A stretch of 64,000 bases of DNA from Nitrosarchaeum sp. (GCA_023264875.1 JAHFUX010000006.1:1303-65302); one strand, 5' to 3'. Numbered from the stretch's first letter, positions 47,223-57,746 are shown. A program made the numbers and translations. The notes: generated by a model not told the origin, from the sequence alone.

Positions 47223-48662
47223 CTAGCTTCCACGTATGCTTTCACGAATTTCGATCTTGGCTGCTTCTCCATTGGCTTGCATGCTTGTATATGGATATAT
47301 TTTGTCGTTAAATCCAATTATTGCCCCCTCAAAAGTTTGTATTACTGTGGAATGATCTAATGCATTTTGCAGTTGAGGGCCTCTAACTAGATCAATACGA
47401 TAATGATCATCTACCATTATGACTGTTTTTTCTGTGGTTGGGGTATAAAACAAAACAGATGAATAGTCTTTTGGAGTGGTTTCTCGCTGAAATACATCAT
47501 ACAATATCCATGAATACACTGGACTTGTAAGAATTGTAACACTGTCATCATAATTTTCTAAAACATATGATAATGCCTGAAATTGATTATATGATATATC
47601 ATTGACAATCAAAAGTGTTGTGCTAATAAACCCAAAAACTAAAACCGCTGATACAATTCCTACATAAACAAACTTCTTTTTGATCGTGTCAAACTTACGA
47701 ATTGATTCTATCAATATGCCCGATGCAATGCACATCATTGGAACTATTATCATCCAGTGAAAGTATTGTTTGTATCCAATACCACTTAGAAATACTACAA
47801 ATGGAACAAACCACAACAAGAGAAATTTGTCTCTGCGTAATGCTGCAAGAACTATTCCTGATACTCCCAATACAAACATCAATGGATCAATGACTGCAAA
47901 GAATCCAAATATGTCTAATACGCTGTTTGTTCTCTGTGTTTGCCATAACACACCTTTCTGCCAAAGATCAAACTGATCAAGCATAATTGCATTAACAGGC
48001 CATATTAACGGAATCAACAAAAATGGAATCAGTAGCAGTAAAACATCTGTGAGTTTTTTTCTGTCTGTATATACAATCCATGCAACTACAAAGATCATTG
48101 TAAATGCAGGTATCTTTGTAAATACTGCTAAACCCAATAAACATCCTGAAAAAATAATCAGTACTGTTTTTTGTTTTGTTTTGGTAGAATAAATTGCCAG
48201 TAAAATTGCTCCTAATACAAGCGGCACCAAAACAGAATCAAGTAATATTCTTTTGAAAATCCATGTAAATGGCAATACTGCAAAAAGTGATGCTGATAGA
48301 AATGCAGAATTTACTCCGTATCTGATTTGAACAATCTTGTAGATTAGAAATGTATCTAGCACTGCTAATAATCCCATAAATATTCTGGGAACCATGTACA
48401 GTGACTGTAATGAATCTGGGTCTGTAGACGGTGTAACATCAGAATAATTTGTTATGGCAAGAATGGATGCAATTGCAATTTGACCAAAATATGGATGGTC
48501 ATACACATTTCCTTCCTGTGGATTTCCAGTATCTAGAAAATTTACTGCCCGTCTCATGTAAATTCCCTCATCAAAAAATACATCTGGATATCCAACAGGA
48601 TTCCAGAGATGGATAAAACCCGAAAGTAAAAGTGGAATCAACAAGAAAAATAATTTATTCAA
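47223..48662 (-). CDS. GT-C fold membrane glycosyltransferase (PMT/ArnT-like)
   Basis: FFDEGIY, DHP.FG, G.LLGLA..TK, many TM helices. Confidence 0.85.
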   Translation of the reverse strand: MNKLFFLLIPLLLSGFIHLWNPVGYPDVFFDEGIYMRRAVNFLDTGNPQEGNVYDHPYFGQIAIASILAITNYSDVTPSTDPDSLQSLYMVPRIFMGLLAVLDTFLIYKIVQIRYGVNSAFLSASLFAVLPFTWIFKRILLDSVLVPLVLGAILLAIYSTKTKQKTVLIIFSGCLLGLAVFTKIPAFTMIFVVAWIVYTDRKKLTDVLLLLIPFLLIPLIWPVNAIMLDQFDLWQKGVLWQTQRTNSVLDIFGFFAVIDPLMFVLGVSGIVLAALRRDKFLLLWFVPFVVFLSGIGYKQYFHWMIIVPMMCIASGILIESIRKFDTIKKKFVYVGIVSAVLVFGFISTTLLIVNDISYNQFQALSYVLENYDDSVTILTSPVYSWILYDVFQRETTPKDYSSVLFYTPTTEKTVIMVDDHYRIDLVRGPQLQNALDHSTVIQTFEGAIIGFNDKIYPYTSMQANGEAAKIEIRESIRGS

Positions 48663-48778
48663 TTGTTATCTTATCTTGATGAATAATGACACTTTTAAAT
48701 TAATTAGAACTATTGTATCAATTTGGCAAAATGATGTAGTATCCTTGTCTAAATCAAAATTTTACCACTGTTATGAAA

Positions 48779-49027
48779 CTAACTACGCATTGATATTTCG
48801 TTTCCTACAGATGCCTGCAGACCAAGTCCTGAACCTGGCTCTGTAGTAATTATCATCAAAGTTTCACATGTCATACACAATACAGATGGTGTATAGTCTG
48901 TGTTTTCTTGAGTTGGGCCAGTTGAAGCTAATACTGCATCCTGTATAATATTTTGACTATTGCAATCAATGCATGTTGATGGTTTATGAGAAAGGCGCTT
49001 TATTTTTTTGATATAGTAATGAACCAT
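48779..49027 (-). CDS. Small CxxC/CxxC protein
   Basis: CIDC...CMTC. Confidence 0.6.
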   Translation of the reverse strand: MVHYYIKKIKRLSHKPSTCIDCNSQNIIQDAVLASTGPTQENTDYTPSVLCMTCETLMIITTEPGSGLGLQASVGNEISMRS

Positions 49028-49148
49028 ATGAACATTGTATCTGTTGGTGATTCTTAAATTAATTGATTATTTCTCACTATCTTTTGTCTGTTAATTATTA
49101 TCGTATCTTTACATACTCATAAAATAAAGTAGTTTTCTATAGGATTTA

Positions 49149-50144
49149 ATGTCAAATTCAAAAATTGCTCTAGCTGATGATTTACTAATATGCAGAATCT
49201 TAAATGGAATGTGGCAGGTATCTGGAGGACATGGACAGATTAATTCAGAATCTGCCATTTTAGAGATGCTAGAATATCACAAAGATGGATTTACCACATG
49301 GGATTTGGCTGATATCTATGGTCCTGCTGAATCATACATTGGAGAATTTAGAAAACGATTAGCACCAAGTGACCTCTCAAAATCCCAAGCACTGACTAAA
49401 TTTGTACCAAATCCTGGACCTATGACAAAGTCTATTGTAGAATATTACATAGATCAATCACTACACAAAATGAATGCCGATTCACTTGACTTGGTGCAGT
49501 TTCATTGGTGGGATTACAATAATCCAAGTTATCTTGATGCCCTTAATCATTTATCAAAACTACAAGATAAGGGAAAAATCAAACATCTTGGTCTAACAAA
49601 CTTTGATACACAAAGAATCAAAATAATGATTGAAAAAGGATTCAAACTAGTATCAAATCAAGTGCAATACTCTATTTTAGATCAAAGACCCGAAAAATTG
49701 ATGGTTCCATTTTGCCAAAAACATGGAATGACTCTTCTTACATATGGTACTTTGCTTGGTGGATTTTTATCTGAAAAATATCTAAACTCTCCAGACCCAC
49801 ATAGAGCAGACCTGATTACTTCTAGTCTGCAAAAATACTATAACATGATTGATGCATGGGGGGGATGGAAATTATTTCAAGAATTATTACATGTATTATC
49901 TCAAATAGCAAAAAAACACGATTCCAGTATTGCAAATGTATCTGCCAAATTTATTTTAGATAAACCTGCAGTTGCAGGGGTAATAATCGGTGCAAGGCTT
50001 GGAATATCTGAACATAGACAAGATAATGCCAAAGTCTTTGATTTACATCTAGACTCTCAAGATCATACCATGATAAGTTCAGTTACTGGTAAATCAAATG
50101 ACCTTTTTGATATAATTGGTGACTGTGGAGATGAGTATAGGTAA
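49149..50144 (+). CDS. Aldo/keto reductase
   Basis: NGMWQ.SG, FTTWDLADIYG.AE, DLVQFHWWDY, LGLTNFD, NQVQYS. Confidence 0.93.
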   Translation: MSNSKIALADDLLICRILNGMWQVSGGHGQINSESAILEMLEYHKDGFTTWDLADIYGPAESYIGEFRKRLAPSDLSKSQALTKFVPNPGPMTKSIVEYYIDQSLHKMNADSLDLVQFHWWDYNNPSYLDALNHLSKLQDKGKIKHLGLTNFDTQRIKIMIEKGFKLVSNQVQYSILDQRPEKLMVPFCQKHGMTLLTYGTLLGGFLSEKYLNSPDPHRADLITSSLQKYYNMIDAWGGWKLFQELLHVLSQIAKKHDSSIANVSAKFILDKPAVAGVIIGARLGISEHRQDNAKVFDLHLDSQDHTMISSVTGKSNDLFDIIGDCGDEYR

Positions 50145-50254
50145 TGTCTTCTAGAGATTCTAAAACTTGTAAAATATGTGGAAATTCTATGACTCGCCAG
50201 GCACAAATGTTTCAAATTGTATGGGTTTGTTCAAAATGTGGTATGCAGGAATAA
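50144..50254 (+). CDS. 36-aa Zn-ribbon micro-protein
   Basis: Manual translation MSSRDSKTCKICGNSMTRQAQMFQIVWVCSKCGMQE*; ATG overlaps the AKR stop (TAATG). Confidence 0.7.
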   Translation: MSSRDSKTCKICGNSMTRQAQMFQIVWVCSKCGMQE

Positions 50255-50761
50255 AGAATTTGATCTAAATTTAACACACAGACGGTAAAAATTAGATAGT
50301 AACCAAAACCAATCAGATATCCACTGACACCTGAGCATCAATTCTCTTTTCACATACCATTGATGTTTGGGATTAATTGATTACTACCAGTATCATAATG
50401 TAATAATGAAATAAAAAGACTGTTCTGTAAATTCTTAACATTTGTTTATTTTTGTAAGAAATTTTGTATGAAGTTAAGACTGACATCTATTTAATCTTCT
50501 TATGGCTGGTAATTTTCTATAATCTTTTGAACATTGGCAAGAATTATCTCGCTAATCTCTTGTATTCAATCCTGATGTCTTCATGAGTTTAATTTGTTCT
50601 AAAATTGTAAACTGGATTCTTCCTTGCATCTGTTCTATGCCAAATCCTTCTTTTGGAAATTGTTATGAATTTTTTTGATTCGTCTTTATCCAATTTATTT
50701 CTCTTTGAGAAAAGATATTAAAATATCTAGTTCTTGATGTATGACATTTATGGAAATAATT

Positions 50762-51112
50762 CTATTCATTCCATACTGGTTGTTTTTTCAACCAAGATAT
50801 CAAATCTCTGTACAGTTGGCTTTTTTGTACATTTAAGACATTGATTTCCATATTCGTTGATAATTTTGCTGTCTTGGTATAGTGTTCATATTTTGCAAAT
50901 ATGACTTTGTCCAGATATGTCTGGCCTTGAATCTCTTTTTTTGCCAATTCCTCAGAATCAGTCATTGCAAAGCATGCAAAGAGAACTCCATCAACCCAAT
51001 ATGCATTGCCTGATTCAAGTGATCCCATCATGCTGAGCAGATCATCCAAGCTTAGCTTGATCAGGTCTCTAACATAGACGGTTTTGTATGGCTCGTGAAT
51101 AAAATCAGTCAT
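50762..51112 (-). CDS. Conserved archaeal hypothetical protein
   Basis: 116-aa ORF with W.DGVLF motif. Confidence 0.75.
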   Translation of the reverse strand: MTDFIHEPYKTVYVRDLIKLSLDDLLSMMGSLESGNAYWVDGVLFACFAMTDSEELAKKEIQGQTYLDKVIFAKYEHYTKTAKLSTNMEINVLNVQKSQLYRDLISWLKKQPVWNE

Positions 51113-51184
51113 TTTCTAATTATGGGTTGATTTGACTTTATTTTAAGCCTAGTTAAGACGACTGTTTTCTTTGGGAGACATAAT

Positions 51185-51976
51185 TCAATACTTTTTTTCA
51201 TAAAGATTTACTGTGACTTTTGTAACCCATGGCTTCAACTCGTCTGGAAATACAATGATCAATCCACCATTTTTTTCCACATTGTTGCATGTTCCACTGT
51301 AGCTTTGTTTGTTTTGTGCAAAACAACCAGAATTTTTATAATAATCAACATTATCACTTGAAAAGTTGTTACGTTCTATAGACGATGATACAAAATAGAT
51401 ATCAAATCCTAAATCATTGTTGTCTGTCTTTATACTGTAATCATATGAAGTAGTATCTTTTGTTGTACATATTGGAATAAACTGTACATATCCGTTTTTT
51501 ATTTTAATTTGTTGCTGAGATTTATCATAGTTGGTATTTTCAATGTCAGGATAAACTGAGATGTCAGGATCTGTACTTAGTTGATTTCCCTGTACATACT
51601 CAATTTCATGTCGTACTGTGTCTACTGCTTTTCCATATGATATTGGTTGCCACTCTTTCTGACAATTACTAAAGCTGTGTTTTAGCTCAACATATGATTT
51701 ACCGTTAATGAATTGGAGCTGGTTTGAATTGTATTCTTTGGAATCACTGACAACATTGTTAGTTTTATTATCCTTTGATTTGTACCACGAGTTTGTAACA
51801 TCAAATATGATGTTTTTAGAACTACTATGCCATTCTGGTTGCAGATGAACATACACTGAATACTTGGTTGTCACATAATCTGTTGTTGATACAAACAATA
51901 AATGCCCATAAAGTGCATTAGTCAAAATTAGTAAAAATGCAACTATGGGAAGAATAATGTAAAATACGGTCTTCAC
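51185..51976 (-). CDS. Putative secreted/membrane-anchored protein
   Basis: N-terminal hydrophobic helix; several Cys in the extracellular part. Confidence 0.7.
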   Translation of the reverse strand: MKTVFYIILPIVAFLLILTNALYGHLLFVSTTDYVTTKYSVYVHLQPEWHSSSKNIIFDVTNSWYKSKDNKTNNVVSDSKEYNSNQLQFINGKSYVELKHSFSNCQKEWQPISYGKAVDTVRHEIEYVQGNQLSTDPDISVYPDIENTNYDKSQQQIKIKNGYVQFIPICTTKDTTSYDYSIKTDNNDLGFDIYFVSSSIERNNFSSDNVDYYKNSGCFAQNKQSYSGTCNNVEKNGGLIIVFPDELKPWVTKVTVNLYEKKY

Positions 51977-52053
51977 GATATATTGTATCTTTTATTTGTC
52001 TGCAATAAAGAGATTTTGTATATTCTTATTAATTTCTTTTATATCGTAATTAC

Positions 52054-52785
52054 ATGAATTTTGGAGAAAAGTCAAAAATAAAATCAATTGCAAAAATCAC
52101 AGAATTTTTGCAAACTGAGCATATTGGTAGAATTGCAACCATTGACAAAAATGGATTTCCATTTGTAGCCCCAATGAATTTTATCTTTCATAATGGTTCA
52201 GTGTACATACACGGTTTTCCAAGGGGAGAAAAATATGAAAACATAAAGCTAAACTCAAAATGCGGCTTTGAAGTGGACAAGGAACTGGCATTTTTGCCAT
52301 CGTATTTTTTTGAGCCACCAACAGATGCATCACTTACTGATACACTGTATGTCAGCGTAATAATCAAAGGGTATGCTGAACTAATAACTGACAATGATGA
52401 AAAATCACAAGTACTCAATAAATTAATTCAAAAATACCAAATTGAGGGTGGCTATGAACCTCTTAATCCACAAATGGCTACTATTCGTGGAGTTGGACTA
52501 ATCAAAATAAAACCAGAAACAATTACTGGCAAATACAAGCTAGGAAAATATTGGGATGAAAAAGACAAGATCAGAATTGCTACAAGAATAATGGAGCGAG
52601 CAGTCAGTAATCCAAAAAGAATTCTTGAATTGCTTAATGTTCCAGGATTGAATATTCTTGATGAAAAAACTATAAAAGAATTTGCTTGGATTCATTCAAC
52701 TGAGATTGTAAAAATGATGGGATTCAACAATGAATCTGAATATCCGCACATATTACTAGTACTTGCAAATGATGTGGATTGGTAG
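52054..52785 (+). CDS. Flavin-nucleotide-binding protein (PNPOx/NimA-like)
   Basis: GRIAT.D.NG.PFVAPMNF...VY.HG...GEK; YVSVII.G.A; TGKYKLG. Confidence 0.9.
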   Translation: MNFGEKSKIKSIAKITEFLQTEHIGRIATIDKNGFPFVAPMNFIFHNGSVYIHGFPRGEKYENIKLNSKCGFEVDKELAFLPSYFFEPPTDASLTDTLYVSVIIKGYAELITDNDEKSQVLNKLIQKYQIEGGYEPLNPQMATIRGVGLIKIKPETITGKYKLGKYWDEKDKIRIATRIMERAVSNPKRILELLNVPGLNILDEKTIKEFAWIHSTEIVKMMGFNNESEYPHILLVLANDVDW

Positions 52786-52835
52786 TTAGTTTTTTGAAAA
52801 TTATCTTTTACTATTCTATAACAAAAAGAAAAAAT

Positions 52836-53306
52836 CTACTTGCATTGACCTTTCATAAATTCAGCGCCAGCTTTTTGTATCTCCTCTACTGTCATATCTT
52901 TTTTTCTGGTTGCTATGGTCCATCTATGCCCAAAAGGATCTGTTAGTGCCCCGATGCGGTCGCCCCAAAATCCATCCATCATTGGCATCATTAGTTTTGC
53001 ACCTACTGAAATGGCTTTGTTAAAAACAGAATCTACGTCGTTTACGTATAGGTATATCGAACCACTTGGGCCTCCTATTGATGTTGGAGATAAACATCCC
53101 ATTTGAGGCATTTCATCACACAACATTATTGCAGAATCTCCAATTCTGATTTCTGCGTGCATTATTGATTTACCGTCTGGTCCTGGAAATCTGTGAATTT
53201 CTTTTGCATCAAAGGCTTTTTTGTAAAATTCTATTGCGTTAGATGCTCCGCTTATAGTCAATGTTGGAGTAACAGAATGATATCCATCTGGAATTGGTTT
53301 TACCAT
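52836..53306 (-). CDS. VOC/glyoxalase (PhnB-like) protein
   Basis: PIPDGYHSVTP, AIEFYKKAF, IMHAE..IG, FWGDR.G...DPFGH.W. Confidence 0.95.
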   Translation of the reverse strand: MVKPIPDGYHSVTPTLTISGASNAIEFYKKAFDAKEIHRFPGPDGKSIMHAEIRIGDSAIMLCDEMPQMGCLSPTSIGGPSGSIYLYVNDVDSVFNKAISVGAKLMMPMMDGFWGDRIGALTDPFGHRWTIATRKKDMTVEEIQKAGAEFMKGQCK

Positions 53307-53354
53307 GGTGCGAATTATTATTTGAATGGATTTATGTGTTTTCCAAGTTTTCTT

Positions 53355-54020
53355 CTAGTTTGCTAATTGACGGAATTTTTCTATCTTTTCCATTAACATT
53401 TCTTTAAAATCACATGGTATTTTGATAAACTCTGCAACATCGCCAGTTTCTTCAGAACCTATAATTACAATTTGATCTATTTCTGTACCTGTTCTCTCCT
53501 TCCACATAAGAGAGTATGCTGTAGCCTGCATGAAGTATTTCTGAACTTTATCATAATGTTCCATCAGTCTACTGCGGCTTGTCTTAAAATCAATAATTGA
53601 CAAATCTCCATTATATTCTGCTATACAATCACAAGTTCCTGCAATTTCAAACTCGTCACTATACAGTGGAAGTTCAATTCCTCTAATGTTGTCAATTTTA
53701 TGCAGATACGGTTTTAGTTTTTCAAAATGATTCTTTGGAATATCAAAAAAATTCCCCTCTACTTCTTTATTGTTTAGATAGTATTCGCATAATTTGTGCG
53801 TCATTGTTCCATGAATTTGTGCTTCTTTCATTATTTGCTCTGCAGTGTCATTTCCTACTCTTTCTCTCCATTCATCAAGGCCTGACATGTCTGATGTCTT
53901 AGATAATACAGTGGTAATTGATGGGTATAGTTTTCCTTGAGGTGTCTGATAGTATCTGACTCCATCTATTTCTGTTTGAGATGCCAGTGGAATTGTTGTA
54001 ATGTGGTGAATAAACTGCAA
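53355..54020 (-). CDS. PD-(D/E)xK (RecB/MGME1-like) exonuclease
   Basis: YPSITTVL, GT..H..CE, E.PLY...IAGTCD, IIDFKTS, Q..AY. Confidence 0.85.
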   Translation of the reverse strand: MQFIHHITTIPLASQTEIDGVRYYQTPQGKLYPSITTVLSKTSDMSGLDEWRERVGNDTAEQIMKEAQIHGTMTHKLCEYYLNNKEVEGNFFDIPKNHFEKLKPYLHKIDNIRGIELPLYSDEFEIAGTCDCIAEYNGDLSIIDFKTSRSRLMEHYDKVQKYFMQATAYSLMWKERTGTEIDQIVIIGSEETGDVAEFIKIPCDFKEMLMEKIEKFRQLAN

Positions 54021-54093
54021 TTATTCATATTGTATTAAAGCAATAAAAAAATCAAGTGTTTTAAGAAAATAATCCTTAAATTATCTCGAATGG

Positions 54094-54774
54094 TTAATTT
54101 TCAAAGCTTTTTTCAATTTCCTGTGCAAGTGATTCCAGCTTACTTGTATCTCCTAAACTTCTGTACGTTAGTTTCTCTAGTGTCTTGATTATGCTAATTG
54201 CTGCTCTATACTGTGGAATTTCAGGCTGATTTAACTCTCCATACATTCCCATTCCCTGAATGCCATTTTGCTTTGCAAACCCTAAGATCAGTCCGTTAAA
54301 TCCTGTAATTATTGATCTTTGCGGCGTTGTCAAAATTCCCAATCCCTGCATTTGTTTTGTTAATTCTATGGATGTAGTGGTGACAAAAGTTTTAGGATTT
54401 TTATCCAGTATTCTATTTGTGTGAAAACCTCCAAGGGTATAGATGAATTTGGCAGAGTATTTTTTAGAAACATCGATGACGTCTTGACAAAGCGAATATA
54501 GTTCTTGGCTGTCTTGTGGCTGACCAGTTCCTCCTCCAAACATAATTAATCCGTCAGCGTATTTGTACTCCCAACTTTCATTTGGCAAGTCGATGTGCCC
54601 TCCCACATCTACAACATATGTGGGATATGGTGTCTTTGCAATTCTGAATTTTTTTGTTCTCAAACTATTATTAATGAAATTTACTACTATGCTACCCACA
54701 TTTCCCATATCTTGCATCGCAGCAATGACTATTGGTTTTTCAATCTCTGGCTCTTCTGTTTGAAAAAACTCCAT
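54094..54774 (-). CDS. PAC2 family proteasome assembly chaperone-like protein
   Basis: DMGNVG.I; YTLGGF; ITGFNGL.LG. Confidence 0.9.
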   Translation of the reverse strand: MEFFQTEEPEIEKPIVIAAMQDMGNVGSIVVNFINNSLRTKKFRIAKTPYPTYVVDVGGHIDLPNESWEYKYADGLIMFGGGTGQPQDSQELYSLCQDVIDVSKKYSAKFIYTLGGFHTNRILDKNPKTFVTTTSIELTKQMQGLGILTTPQRSIITGFNGLILGFAKQNGIQGMGMYGELNQPEIPQYRAAISIIKTLEKLTYRSLGDTSKLESLAQEIEKSFEN

Positions 54775-54842
54775 TATTTTCTCTAGATTTTACTTGCTTA
54801 AAACTTAAGATTTGTATAGGATATTCAACCTTGATATCGTAC

Positions 54843-55055
54843 ATGATCATTGGTAAGATAAATAAAAATGAGAAAAAAATCAAATTTCATTTGGATATAA
54901 AGTGCACAAAATGCGGGAAAGCAGTACCTGGTGGAATGCAAGCATCTGAAAATTATTTTGGCTCTGACTCATTTAAGGCAGAAGTTGATAATTTTAAGAA
55001 AAATTATCTCTGTGGCATATGTAGAGACAAAAAAAGATTTGCAGATAAAAAATAA
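54843..55055 (+). CDS. Small CxxC/CxxC protein
   Basis: CTKCG...LCGICRD; start placed at ATG 54843. Confidence 0.7.
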   Translation: MIIGKINKNEKKIKFHLDIKCTKCGKAVPGGMQASENYFGSDSFKAEVDNFKKNYLCGICRDKKRFADKK

Positions 55056-55122
55056 CTTATTTCTAATTTATTTAATTATGATAAATAATTAAAATATCTC
55101 TCTCAGAATTGTAGTTCCTTTA

Positions 55123-55779
55123 CTACCAAACCGCATGTACTATTTCTTGTAAATTTCTTCTTGGTTTTGGGAATTTATCTTGTTTAGGATATCCTATGCA
55201 TAATACTGATGATGGAATCAAATCTGTGTTGATTATTTTCATTACTTTTTGCTCATCAAACATCCCGATCCATATGGAACTTAATCCCAAAGCCTGAGCT
55301 GCAAGCTGAGAATATGCTGCTGCTAATGTGGCATCTTGTATGGCAAATTTTTTGAGTACTTCTTCTGGAAAATTAAATTTGACTCTTGCCGGATTTTTAC
55401 AAAAAACTAGTACCACAGGTGCATATACGTATGGCTGATTGTTGCATGCCTCTACTAGACGCTGTTTTTTTTCAGGACTTTTTACATAAAATATCTCAAA
55501 ACCCTGAAAATTTCCAGCAGTAGGTGCAGTATCTGCAGCAGCTATGATCTTGTCTATCTTTACTGTCTCTACTATTTTGTCTGCAAACTTTCTAGTTGAG
55601 CGTCGTTTTGACATCACTGTAAACAAATCTGTATTGATAAATTCAGTTGGCGATGATTTTAGTATCTCACTGAGTAATTGATTTCTAACATTAACGTCTG
55701 TATTGGTCTCTTTTGGTTCATATCCTGATGGATAAATTTTTTCAGGTTCATCTTTTGAATCCATGTTATATGAAGACAA
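55123..55779 (-). CDS. Nitroreductase family protein
   Basis: KRRSTRKF, APTAGN.Q, ALGLSSIWIG.FD, LCIGYP. Confidence 0.95.
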   Translation of the reverse strand: MSSYNMDSKDEPEKIYPSGYEPKETNTDVNVRNQLLSEILKSSPTEFINTDLFTVMSKRRSTRKFADKIVETVKIDKIIAAADTAPTAGNFQGFEIFYVKSPEKKQRLVEACNNQPYVYAPVVLVFCKNPARVKFNFPEEVLKKFAIQDATLAAAYSQLAAQALGLSSIWIGMFDEQKVMKIINTDLIPSSVLCIGYPKQDKFPKPRRNLQEIVHAVW

Positions 55780-55827
55780 AATATCTAATTAAGTAATTCT
55801 CTACTGTTGATTTTGTTTTGAACTGTT

Positions 55828-55971
55828 TTATTTGGATAATTGATGTACTGTTGCACCACAGCTGTTGCATTTTTTACTCTCTATGTAATTTTCAATGGTC
55901 TGTCCATCCCAGATCAAAGCATTTGCTTTGTGACCTTTTTCACATTTTATCTTAAATAACATACTTGTCAT
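55828..55971 (-). CDS. 47-aa C-x-x-x-H/CxxC Zn micro-protein
   Basis: Manual translation MTSMLFKIKCEKGHKANALIWDGQTIENYIESKKCNSCGATVHQLSK*. Confidence 0.65.
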   Translation of the reverse strand: MTSMLFKIKCEKGHKANALIWDGQTIENYIESKKCNSCGATVHQLSK

Positions 55972-56032
55972 AGCTGTTTTTTCTGATTTTTTTCTAAACT
56001 TAAGTATATTGCTTTAGGATATGTGCCCTGTT

Positions 56033-56383
56033 TTATTGGCTAGGTCTAGCATTGCCAATATCACTTGATTCGTCTTGTTTTTTGAATACTCTGTATTCTC
56101 CAATAATAGAACTGCATTGCTGGCATGTGTATTGGCCTCTTTCTACAAGAATCAAGTTATCTGCAACTTGTTCATTTGTATTTTCTTCCAGATGTATCTT
56201 TGGTGGGTTGTTAAATTCAGTTTCACAGTTTTTACAGTAATGCTTTGACATTTTTTGTTCTTCTAGTTTGCCTATTGGTGCTAAAAATAATTTTCCAACT
56301 CCTAAATCTGCTTTTTTTGCTTGTTCTTCAGTTAGGTCAGCTATTATGTAGCCGCCTGACCCTTGTAATTTGAATTCTGCCAC
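56033..56383 (-). CDS. Conserved Zn-ribbon protein
   Basis: YCKNC...YTCQQC. Confidence 0.75.
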   Translation of the reverse strand: MAEFKLQGSGGYIIADLTEEQAKKADLGVGKLFLAPIGKLEEQKMSKHYCKNCETEFNNPPKIHLEENTNEQVADNLILVERGQYTCQQCSSIIGEYRVFKKQDESSDIGNARPSQ

Positions 56384-56434
56384 TCATTTTCTTGTCTCTT
56401 TTGGCCTTAAAATGCTATGTTTTTGAAAATTAGT

Positions 56435-56635
56435 TTATGGTTTGTGTTTTCTTATCTGATAAAGTATTGAAAAACCCAATCCAAACATAAACATACCAAT
56501 ACCAAACATGCTTAGAAAAATCATGTTGATAACACTGTCTTGAGGATTTAACAACATTGTAAATCCAATCAGAGTTAAGATAAGACCTAAAATAAGTAGC
56601 AAAATACTAGGACGTCTAAGTTCAATGATTTTCAA
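56435..56635 (-). CDS. Small two-TM membrane protein
   Basis: Two hydrophobic helices. Confidence 0.65.
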   Translation of the reverse strand: MKIIELRRPSILLLILGLILTLIGFTMLLNPQDSVINMIFLSMFGIGMFMFGLGFSILYQIRKHKP

Positions 56636-56727
56636 TGGTTTTCTAAATTTTGTGTGAACTTAAGCTTATTGAAAAACATCTATAAAATATTGATTCTACA
56701 TATTTTTAAAATAGTCTTAAAATTCAT

Positions 56728-57201
56728 TTATTTTTGTTTAATTTTTTCTGCAGCCTTTTCATAGAAAAATTCTTGCTTTTTCAACTCTTTCTCTGTTATT
56801 ATTCTGCATTTTCTCATTGGTACTAGTCGTGATATTTGCTCGTAGGTACTCATTTCTCTTACATCTGCTGCATATGCAATTTGTAGCAATGGTGATTTTT
56901 CTGTAATCATTGGCTTTACTTGCTCATATCCACCACTTTGACGCATGCCTGTACGATACAATCCGATATTTTTTCCATTCTTTGAAATTTGTGGATCCTG
57001 ATAACAACAAATGGAGTACTCTCCATTTTCTTTTTCAATAATTGTTAATCTTGTAAATTTATCACTCCAATCTTTGATCTCTCTTGCAATTTCCATTGCC
57101 TCTTTTTTATCCTCAAAGACAGTGGATACTACCAACCTGTCTTTCTCATATGCCCATGAAATACCATAAAAATTTCCATGCCATTCTATCTCCCCAGACA
57201 T
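56728..57201 (-). CDS. Hypothetical protein
   Basis: 157-aa ORF. Confidence 0.7.
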   Translation of the reverse strand: MSGEIEWHGNFYGISWAYEKDRLVVSTVFEDKKEAMEIAREIKDWSDKFTRLTIIEKENGEYSICCYQDPQISKNGKNIGLYRTGMRQSGGYEQVKPMITEKSPLLQIAYAADVREMSTYEQISRLVPMRKCRIITEKELKKQEFFYEKAAEKIKQK

Positions 57202-57290
57202 ATGTATTTCTAAGAATTTATCAAATTAACACTTTCTAATTATTGTTTATCACAATGAATAATCATACTATCTTCATCTACAAAAAAATA

Positions 57291-57521
57291 CTAACAGAAT
57301 CTGTCACATTCACATTTTCTGCTGGTAAACACATTTCTCAGAATATCTAGTCTTGAATGGGAGATTGAAGGTTTTTTGCCAACAATTTTGAATAACGTGA
57401 TCCCAGTGGCAGAACTAGTTCCCTTAAGTGCCCATGAGCCATTTTTCATCAAGTATGGTTTTGGGTTTTTCATAGTCACTTTTTTGTGTGCCTTGACATC
57501 ATATGCCTCGATTTCTGACAT
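57291..57521 (-). CDS. DUF5679-like small basic protein lacking the usual Cys ligands
   Basis: EAYDVKA.KKV.MKNP....MKNG..ALKG....TG..LFKI. Confidence 0.65.
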   Translation of the reverse strand: MSEIEAYDVKAHKKVTMKNPKPYLMKNGSWALKGTSSATGITLFKIVGKKPSISHSRLDILRNVFTSRKCECDRFC

Positions 57522-57746
57522 GAATTCTATCTCAAAATTGATATTATATAACCAAAGTAAATTTTTTCATATCAACAAGCTCAAAAATAGTTTTTCTAAA
57601 AATTAGAGCCTAAAGTGATACCGCCACTAATCAATTATTGCAATTATACGATGATTGTTGAAAATTAGTTTTATTTTTTAATTTGAATCAAACAAATGTT
57701 TGAAATTTCATAATATCTTGTTTTATATCACTAAAAGAACAATACT

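Noticed and set aside
50400-50700. Coding-like fragments in shifting minus-strand frames
   Set aside because: Could be a decayed gene, but no family is recognisable, so no pseudogene call is supported.
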